Of a DNA stretch of 32,000 nt, positions 25,896 through 32,000 are shown piece by piece (positions within the stretch are counted from its first letter, which is position 1; each line of letters begins with the position of its first letter). Position numbers and translations under genes: made by a program. This DNA comes from Haloquadratum walsbyi C23 (GTDB lineage: Archaea; Halobacteriota; Halobacteria; Halobacteriales; Haloferacaceae): NCBI RefSeq assembly GCF_000237865.1, contig NC_017459.1, forward strand, positions 180,001-212,000. The letters run 5' to 3'. The notes under the pieces were generated by a model. That model ran no database searches, had not been told where the DNA came from, and saw nothing but the letters and a program-made list of their open reading frames with translations.

Positions 25896-26708
25896 TCATC
25901 TTTCAGCATCGGTATTATTATCAAGTGCATAGCCGCAGTGACGACAATATTGATCAACGACGACGACGCTTCCATCACAGTGTGGGCACTTAATTCGGTC
26001 TGCTGTGGTGAGATCCCGTTCAGGTGTTTGTAATCGACTCACTAACCAGGGAACAAGCACGAATCCAACAAGCACTGAGGTAACCGTGACCCATCGTCCT
26101 GCGACTGTTTGTGGGACAATATCACCGAATCCAACCGTTGAGACAGCAATCACGGTATAATAGAATGCGTCACCAAAGTTTGAAATCGCTTGATTTGTTG
26201 GAGCTTCAACAGCGTAAATAAATCCAGTCGCAACAACAAATATCAGTAGAATCGTCGTCGATACCTCCAACTGTCGGATGGTCCGCCTCTCAATTGATTT
26301 GCCGAATACCTGCTGTTCATTCATTATCAATCGGAGAAACCGGAACACACGCAAGATATGAAGTCCCCGAAGAAATCCAATATCAGGTCCGAAAATAACG
26401 AATACCGGAATAACTGCAATCAAATCGACAATTGTGTATGGATCTGTTATCTCTGCTTTTGGATTCGATGCGGAGGTCACTCTAACAACGTACTCAATCA
26501 GAAATACGACTCCAAGACCAATTTCAATAACACGAATAAGTGTGATATAGGGTGTTGAAACGGCATATGTTGAGATAACGTAGAGACTGATAAAGATGAT
26601 ATTAAGTACGTATAATGACGCATTTGTCGCTCGTCCTGCTGGTGTCTCACGGTCCCGAAGGAGGAAGCCAACCTTCCTGAGTAAGCTAAGTCCGCTGAAC
26701 GTTGTCAT
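25896..26708 (-). CDS. Voltage-gated-type (6-TM) potassium channel with a C-terminal zinc ribbon
   Basis: Selectivity filter TVGFGD at 26121-26138. The S4-like segment LRGLHILRVFRFLRL has a basic residue every third position. Acidic residues occur in S2 and S3. The C-terminal motif is CPHC-x10-CRHC. Confidence 0.9.
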   Translation of the reverse strand: MTTFSGLSLLRKVGFLLRDRETPAGRATNASLYVLNIIFISLYVISTYAVSTPYITLIRVIEIGLGVVFLIEYVVRVTSASNPKAEITDPYTIVDLIAVIPVFVIFGPDIGFLRGLHILRVFRFLRLIMNEQQVFGKSIERRTIRQLEVSTTILLIFVVATGFIYAVEAPTNQAISNFGDAFYYTVIAVSTVGFGDIVPQTVAGRWVTVTSVLVGFVLVPWLVSRLQTPERDLTTADRIKCPHCDGSVVVVDQYCRHCGYALDNNTDAER

Positions 26709-27136
26709 GTCTGCTTATCTGGACAGGTAACCGCGACATTCACAGTATAACTATCAGTATTTTGGATATCTCGCGCATCATCACTCACTTGTTGTATGAT
26801 TGCCTCTCCTGCACTAAGCGTTCCTGAGACAGTTGACCGCCCAGTTCGGGCATCAATTCCCAATGAGGTTCCCTGTTCAAAAATAACCTGTAATTCGTAT
26901 TTAATTGGCTTTGATCCCTGATTTTTTATCCGGAACTCAACGACCGGACGTGTTCCACCACCGACTGTGGCTCCGATTTGTCTAATCTGTAGGTCATCAG
27001 CACACGGCGGTTCATCGGGAACTGCAATTTGTTGCTCATCTGGTTCAGACGCCGTTGTCATGCACCCTGTGAGGATACCAACAGTACTGATACTGAATAG
27101 CCGAAGTATATTGCGCTTCGTCAACTTACTTGTCAT
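26705..27136 (-). CDS. Putative secreted lipoprotein, translationally coupled to the K+ channel gene
   Basis: MTSKLTKRNILRLFSISTVGILTGC has a lipobox-like LTGC. The mature part looks beta-rich. There is an ATGA overlap at 26705-26708. The ORF track extends the gene to 27190. Confidence 0.65.
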   Translation of the reverse strand: MTSKLTKRNILRLFSISTVGILTGCMTTASEPDEQQIAVPDEPPCADDLQIRQIGATVGGGTRPVVEFRIKNQGSKPIKYELQVIFEQGTSLGIDARTGRSTVSGTLSAGEAIIQQVSDDARDIQNTDSYTVNVAVTCPDKQT

Positions 27137-27369
27137 TAACTCATACTGTGAATGACAGCAGTATGAATCTGTATCCATTATTGATTCCACTGTCGCGTTC
27201 GTTTTTCACTTTCCTGAAGTGAAAGTATGCGATGTCTATAACCGCTATATTGTGACTTCTATATCAATATGTACCCTCGATCATGAAGAGTCGAATACGG
27301 ATTTAGGGAAATACCAGGAGAAAGTCCCGCTCTTCAGGGAGGATGTCAAGGATGCACAATCAATATGCC

Positions 27370-27870
27370 TCAGCGTATAGCGTCAAGACTAGTGGTCAGC
27401 TGGTCACGCGTTGCAAGTCCAGTCTGAAATCGATTAACAAGCTCTGATTGATGCTCAGAGCATGCAAGAATCGCGACTCCACCATTTCCAATAGGAATGA
27501 CGGGATGATTGGGTGTGCGTGGTGCAAGTTGGCAACTTGGGCAATTAACGCCTCCAGCAGGCAGGTACTCGACGACTTGGGCAGCCTCATCACTCGTCAA
27601 CCCACAAATTGATGCAAACTCTTCGCGATGCTCTGAGCAGCCGACAATCGGGATTGTGAGTGCATCTAATAACAAAAATGCAGTTGTTTCACGTGTTGCC
27701 TCACGAAGCGCAGACTGACACTCCGAACAACCAATTACAGGCTCGCCAGTAGGATACCCATCTTCGTCTGTTGGTTGGGGAGAATCAAACTCTGGTATTG
27801 GCGATTGAATCGGATCTGAGATACGGGATTTATCTTTTTCTTCTTCACTGTTTCCGTCATCATCGCTCAT
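27370..27870 (-). CDS. Hypothetical protein with a duplicated C-x2-C...C-x2-H module
   Basis: 166 aa with an acidic N-terminus. Module 1 uses C48, C51, C78 and H81 (GCSECQ...GCSEH). Module 2 uses C110, C113, C137 and H140 (NCPSCQ...ACSEH). Confidence 0.65.
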   Translation of the reverse strand: MSDDDGNSEEEKDKSRISDPIQSPIPEFDSPQPTDEDGYPTGEPVIGCSECQSALREATRETTAFLLLDALTIPIVGCSEHREEFASICGLTSDEAAQVVEYLPAGGVNCPSCQLAPRTPNHPVIPIGNGGVAILACSEHQSELVNRFQTGLATRDQLTTSLDAIR

Positions 27871-27931
27871 TGTTTCCTCGCGAGTGTTTGCGTCAGCGGT
27901 GCGTTCATGATCACTTTGCTTTCTAATTGTG

Positions 27932-28243
27932 TCATTTCTTTAGTAGTATTCTCGTCTTTTGCTTATTGCTGTTAAATCCATCATATTCGTCAGGGCCACG
28001 TGTATCAGTGGTAGCTATATCAGTGCCAGCACTAGGATGATTCCACCAGATTAGTTGATCATTGGAATGTCTGATATCGGTACATCCAAAATTCATACTT
28101 ATATCAATAGTATCACTGATTGTGTCAGAGTTGATATCAACCGTACATCGATGTACTTGATATCTATTTTCGCTGCCTTCGCTGAGATTGACACCGTCTT
28201 GTTTTGATTTCATAACTGACGATGGTCTCTCTCTTGAATCCAT
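27932..28243 (-). CDS. Questionable hypothetical ORF upstream of the Cys/His-repeat gene
   Basis: A 103-aa ORF with an ATG start, on the same strand and 61 nt upstream of the 27370-27870 gene. It has no recognisable motif, lies in a low-GC region, and is only slightly acidic. Confidence 0.3.
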   Translation of the reverse strand: MDSRERPSSVMKSKQDGVNLSEGSENRYQVHRCTVDINSDTISDTIDISMNFGCTDIRHSNDQLIWWNHPSAGTDIATTDTRGPDEYDGFNSNKQKTRILLKK

Positions 28244-28360
28244 TCAGTATGATATATTGTATCGCCACACACCTAAATAATCCGGCACAGTCCGCCCAAT
28301 ATAAGAGATATATTCACTGTCAGTCGAGGCGTTATTGCCCATCGGATTCTATTTGTTGAT

Positions 28361-29032
28361 ATGGATATTGATATTCGCGAACTGCACCGCGATCTTGTCT
28401 CTTTACATGAACGTCCAGACCCAGCACATACTACAGATGGTGTTCGACAACTTCTCGGAACGATTCTCTCACAAAGTGTCGCTGATGCCCAAACTGCCCG
28501 TGCAACACACGCACTATTTGAAGCATATCCAGATTATAGAGCAATGGAGACCGCACCACATGAAGAACTTGCAGATGTTATCGAAGTTGCAGGGTTAAAA
28601 AATCAAAAAGCAGCTCGAATCCAGCGTGCGTTGACGGCGATTCGTAAGGAAACAGGTGGTGAATATACACTTATGTTTCTCGCTAATCAATCAACCGAGG
28701 CAGCTCAGTCGTGGCTTACTGATATCAAAGGAGTTGGTCCAAAAACAGCAAGTGTTGTCTTGAATTTTCACTTTGAAAAGCCAACGTTCGCTGTCGATAC
28801 GCATGTTGAGCGGCTTGCAAAACGATTTGGGCTTCTTGATTCAACTGCATCAAATAAGCGAGCACATACTGAATTAAACGAACTGGTTCCGGATGATCTC
28901 AAGTACTCACTGCACGTGCTAATGATCACCCATGGTCGCGAGTATTGTACCGCTCAAAGTCCTAATTGCGCAAATTCTGTCTGTCAAACCTACTGCTCAT
29001 GCTCAGCATGTGATTCTCTAGACACATCTTAA
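28361..29032 (+). CDS. nth: Endonuclease III family DNA glycosylase (HhH-GPD) with a C-terminal Cys cluster
   Basis: Has the HhH motif LTDIKGVGPKTASVVL (with Lys) and the catalytic Asp context AVDTHVERL. The C-terminal CTAQSPNCANSVCQTYCSCSAC is a variant of the Fe-S cluster loop. Confidence 0.85.
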   Translation: MDIDIRELHRDLVSLHERPDPAHTTDGVRQLLGTILSQSVADAQTARATHALFEAYPDYRAMETAPHEELADVIEVAGLKNQKAARIQRALTAIRKETGGEYTLMFLANQSTEAAQSWLTDIKGVGPKTASVVLNFHFEKPTFAVDTHVERLAKRFGLLDSTASNKRAHTELNELVPDDLKYSLHVLMITHGREYCTAQSPNCANSVCQTYCSCSACDSLDTS

Positions 29033-29310
29033 TTTTGTCTCCACGCTCGCTGAAGCAATTGTTAATAATACCTCTATGATGGATTGATGATCTGTTGGTA
29101 TCCGTTTGATATATTACGAATCCTGACTGACGATACTGACTCAGCGCTATCTCTCCTGTTGGTTCTGTCAATGGGAAGTGATAAATGTCTCAGCAGATAC
29201 TGAAGCTACCCTGACCTGCCCTCAAATCTGGATACAGTTCGACTCAATCCCTATGCCCAGACGGTCAGACAACTCTCCTGGAGAAAGTTCACATGCTGAG
29301 GATACCGAGT

Positions 29311-30057
29311 TCAGCTCTCTGAGTGCAGTCGCTCGGCAAGTATCTCAATCCCCTCAAATAGTGCTGGACTTGGTTGATTTAACAGATCATCATCGAGAAC
29401 ATGGACTGATGCATCAATATCCCACCCTCTCTCATGAAATGCCTCTGCGTTTGTATGTGTTCCATGACCACAGTGATGAAGCACGACGTGATCAGGAGCA
29501 GCTTTCTCAACCTCCGTTTGTGTGACCTCACGAGAGCGTTCGCCAGGATCACAAAATGGGTGATGTCCACCAGCAGCGGCAATTGCCTCTGGTACCCAAT
29601 TACCAGCCGCCATCGGGGGATCCGCCCATTCTTCGGCATAAACGGTCACTGTTGAGTTACTCGCAACGCGATGACGGACGGTGTTCAATTGTTCACGTGT
29701 TTGTGTTGCAAGGGTTGACCCGACTGTTGGTCGACCAATTGCCTCAGCAAGTGTCTCAAACGAGTTGATAACTCCATCAAGGGTATTGGGCTCAAGATGA
29801 CAGACAGTGTAGCCACGGTCACGGAGTTCATCACGGATCGATGCTTGAAGTGCATCAGCGGTGCAGATAATATCCGGATCGAGTGTCTCAAGACGAGCAT
29901 AATCAGGAGTAAGCCACCCACCAATAACAGGACGGTCAACTGAGCAATGTGCGGTAACCCCGACAAGAATATCAGCTGCCCCCATATGTGAAATGATTGC
30001 GCTCGCACTCGGAGCAGCAGCAACAACACGTGGTGTCGCATCAGATGTTGATGACAT
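29311..30057 (-). CDS. Periplasmic-binding-protein fold (BtuF/TroA-like) protein without a signal peptide
   Basis: RVVAAAPSASAIISHMGAADILVGVTAHCS...LDPDIIC matches the class III substrate-binding-protein N-terminal pattern. The N-terminus is hydrophilic. There is a His/Cys-rich patch HHCGHGTH. Confidence 0.75.
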   Translation of the reverse strand: MSSTSDATPRVVAAAPSASAIISHMGAADILVGVTAHCSVDRPVIGGWLTPDYARLETLDPDIICTADALQASIRDELRDRGYTVCHLEPNTLDGVINSFETLAEAIGRPTVGSTLATQTREQLNTVRHRVASNSTVTVYAEEWADPPMAAGNWVPEAIAAAGGHHPFCDPGERSREVTQTEVEKAAPDHVVLHHCGHGTHTNAEAFHERGWDIDASVHVLDDDLLNQPSPALFEGIEILAERLHSES

Positions 30058-30307
30058 ATACGATACTGCATATCGTCGTACATGACTTGTATGGAATCGT
30101 ATTCCGAACTATTTTTATCAGTTGACTCAATTATTCCGGTACGAACTGCTTTGGGTCTCTCGTCATTTGGGGTGTCTGCGGTCGTTCACTCAGTCATTCG
30201 CACGATAGTATATCATTCGGATATCTGTCAATTCCGAGCCGTGCAATCAGATTCAGACATCCACATATAGATTACACAACGAACTCAAAGCATTCGTCTC
30301 TATACCG

Positions 30308-31408
30308 ATGAGCGAGAAAACCACACACACTTGCGAGAACGCGAGAACGAGAGTCGAGTCGAATAATGAATCAGAAGTAACAACAAACAGTGCACACGAC
30401 CGCATTCGAACTGACGGTGGTACTGTTGGACAACGATGGGTTCGCCCTGGCGAAAAAGAATCTGAAGAAGAGTCTGTGTCCGAGTCAGAAGAGGAGACAA
30501 CAAGTGAAAGTCTTGTCTGCCCAGAATGCAGCGGCAATGTTGTCGCTGATGATGAGCATGGAGAGACAATTTGTGATGACTGTGGTCTCGTGATTACGGA
30601 GGACTCTGTTGATCGTGGTCCTGAATGGCGTGCGTTTGATGCAAAAGAAAAAGACCAGAAGTCCCGTGTTGGCGCCCCAACAACAAATACAATGCATGAT
30701 AAGGGGCTTTCGACAAATATTGACTGGCGAGACCGCGATGCATATGGCAATTCTCTATCCTCAAATCAGCGACAGAAGATGCAACGACTCCGAAAGTGGA
30801 ATGAACGATTCCGAACTCGTGATTCAAAGGAGCGAAACCTCAAACAAGCACTTGGTGAGGTTGATCGAATGGCCTCAGCGCTTGGGCTTCCCGAAAATGT
30901 TCGTGAAACGGCTTCTGTGATTTATCGTCGGGCGCTCGATGAAGATCTACTACCTGGACGGTCAATTGAGGGCGTTTCAACATCATGTGTCTATGCGGCT
31001 GCACGAATGGCTGGTGTGCCCCGGTCACTCGATGAGATTGCAGAGGTATCACGAGTTCCAAAAAGTGAGGTTGCACGGACATACCGATACATTGCCCGAG
31101 AACTATCATTAGAGGTAAAGCCTGCGGATCCAGAGCAATACGTTCCTCGATTTGCCTCTGAACTTGGGCTTTCGGATGAATCAACGCTTCGTGCGCGTCA
31201 ACTATTACAGAATGCAAAAGAAAAGGGCGTGCACTCAGGAAAGTCCCCAGTTGGACTTGCTGCTGCGGCAGTGTATGCTGCGGCGCTGTTAACCAATGAA
31301 AAAACAACACAAGCAGCAGTAAGTGAGGTAGCCGATATCTCTGAGGTAACAATCCGAAACCGATATCATGAGCTTCTTGAGGCGAAAGACGCAGTTGGAG
31401 CCACATAA
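30308..31408 (+). CDS. tfb: Transcription initiation factor IIB (TFB) with a long acidic N-terminal extension
   Basis: Has the zinc ribbon CPECSG...CDDCG, B-reader/linker sequence RAFD...RVG, and two cyclin-like repeats (LPENVRETASVIYRRA..., LGLSDESTLRARQLL...). Confidence 0.9.
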   Translation: MSEKTTHTCENARTRVESNNESEVTTNSAHDRIRTDGGTVGQRWVRPGEKESEEESVSESEEETTSESLVCPECSGNVVADDEHGETICDDCGLVITEDSVDRGPEWRAFDAKEKDQKSRVGAPTTNTMHDKGLSTNIDWRDRDAYGNSLSSNQRQKMQRLRKWNERFRTRDSKERNLKQALGEVDRMASALGLPENVRETASVIYRRALDEDLLPGRSIEGVSTSCVYAAARMAGVPRSLDEIAEVSRVPKSEVARTYRYIARELSLEVKPADPEQYVPRFASELGLSDESTLRARQLLQNAKEKGVHSGKSPVGLAAAAVYAAALLTNEKTTQAAVSEVADISEVTIRNRYHELLEAKDAVGAT

Positions 31409-31541
31409 GATACCGTTATATCTAGACGCAAACCGGGTTTCATAATGGTTATATGATACGTTGGTCGTCTTTAAATTCTGGCTGTCTCTCCTCACACTCG
31501 CACAGGATACCATCTTGAGAGCAAACTGGTATAAAAATATT

Positions 31542-31624
31542 AAATCCCATATCCGAATCCAAATCCAAACCCAAGCAAAAACATGAATATGAATATGAAT
31601 ATAAATATAAATAAACATATACAT
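31542..31624. repeat. Degenerate period-6 microsatellite tract (AAATCC-like units, then ATGAAT x3, ATAAAT x2, AAACAT, ATACAT)
   Basis: Read directly from the sequence. It lies between tfb and the aroD-like gene. Confidence 0.8.
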
Positions 31625-31792
31625 TCAATTATTACTCTCAAGACGACTATACGGCGATTATCGATATTCGTAAGAACTATTCTCAGCAAGTGTACATTTC
31701 ACACTCAGGGATATCAATAATAATAGAATCTGGTGTGATATGATTGAACCCATCCGTATTATGAACATAGTATACATATCGCTTCAAGCCAA

Positions 31793-32000
31793 ATGACATC
31801 GACACAAGCGGTCTCATTTGACACGTTTCAACTCGCCGCTGCAACAGCAGATCTCAGTGATGAGCCTGCTGCCAGTGATTATGCTGATATAGTCGAATTC
31901 CGACTTGACCTTGCATATGCAGACACATCACTTCCAGATCCGCTTACTGCAATATCAGCATATGATCACAGTAGTTCACTTCCATTGATAGTGACCAACC
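31793..32000 (+). CDS. aroD: 3-dehydroquinate dehydratase type I, N-terminal part (runs off the right edge)
   Basis: Absent from the ORF track. The ATG at 31793 opens MTSTQAVSFDTFQLAAATADLSDEPAASDYADIVEFRLDLAYAD...SLPLIVTN with no stop. The motifs VEFRLD and LPLIVT are typical of type I AroD. Confidence 0.6.
   Translation, partial: MTSTQAVSFDTFQLAAATADLSDEPAASDYADIVEFRLDLAYADTSLPDPLTAISAYDHSSSLPLIVTN

Noticed and set aside
27316-27330. AGGAGAAAGTCCCGC, which resembles the RNase P CR-I motif (GAGGAAAGUCC)
   Set aside because: The spacer is only about 180 nt and no other RNase P conserved regions are nearby. This is a coincidental match.
28962-29525. ORFs at 28962-29171 (minus) and 29178-29525 (plus) in or near the nth / PBP-like convergent spacer
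   Set aside because: Each overlaps a well-supported gene on the opposite strand and has non-halophilic composition.
31289-31624. A 111-aa minus-strand ORF (MYMFIYIYIHIHIH...)
   Set aside because: It is a translation artefact of the period-6 microsatellite, and it overlaps the tfb 3' end.
1-32000. CRISPR arrays, rRNA genes, transposase/integrase genes, or known defence-system genes
   Set aside because: There are no regularly spaced 25-40-nt repeats. No ORF has nuclease, helicase, transposase or integrase motifs that I could recognise. Only short microsatellites and the MITE-like inverted repeat were found.

Overview
The window looks like chromosomal DNA from a low-GC halophilic archaeon. Predicted proteins are strongly acidic, there is a TFB gene, the tRNA has no encoded CCA, and intergenic spacers are long and AT-rich. 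'Haloquadratum-like' is my inference only and is unverified. I support about 30 protein genes, one tRNA-Val(UAC), several hairpins and repeats, and one MITE-like inverted-repeat element. Two edge genes missing from the ORF track are readable: a Zn-dependent alcohol dehydrogenase (1-570, minus strand) and the start of a type I 3-dehydroquinase (31793-32000, plus strand).

The main feature is a formate locus of about 9 kb (3921-13245). It contains:
- a divergently transcribed OFA-family MFS transporter;
- a NuoF-like Fe-S subunit whose FMN/NADH motifs look eroded;
- an fdhA that is split into an Fe-S gene and a Mo-bisPGD gene;
- a DUF1641-like gene;
- a second, divergent FdhA-type catalytic gene.

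Other units:
- an APC amino-acid permease coupled to a stand-alone TrkA/RCK protein;
- an MsbA-like ABC exporter;
- an ABC-2 operon (ATPase plus two permeases, linked by ATGA overlaps);
- a KvAP-like 6-TM K+ channel with a C-terminal zinc ribbon, translationally coupled to a lipoprotein gene;
- a duplicated C-x2-C...C-x2-H protein;
- endonuclease III;
- a signal-less PBP-fold protein;
- TFB.

I saw no CRISPR array, rRNA, transposase, integrase or recognisable defence gene. The most unusual biology I can defend is the atypical formate dehydrogenase module, followed by the channel-lipoprotein pair. Both are hypotheses built from motif reading, not from searches.
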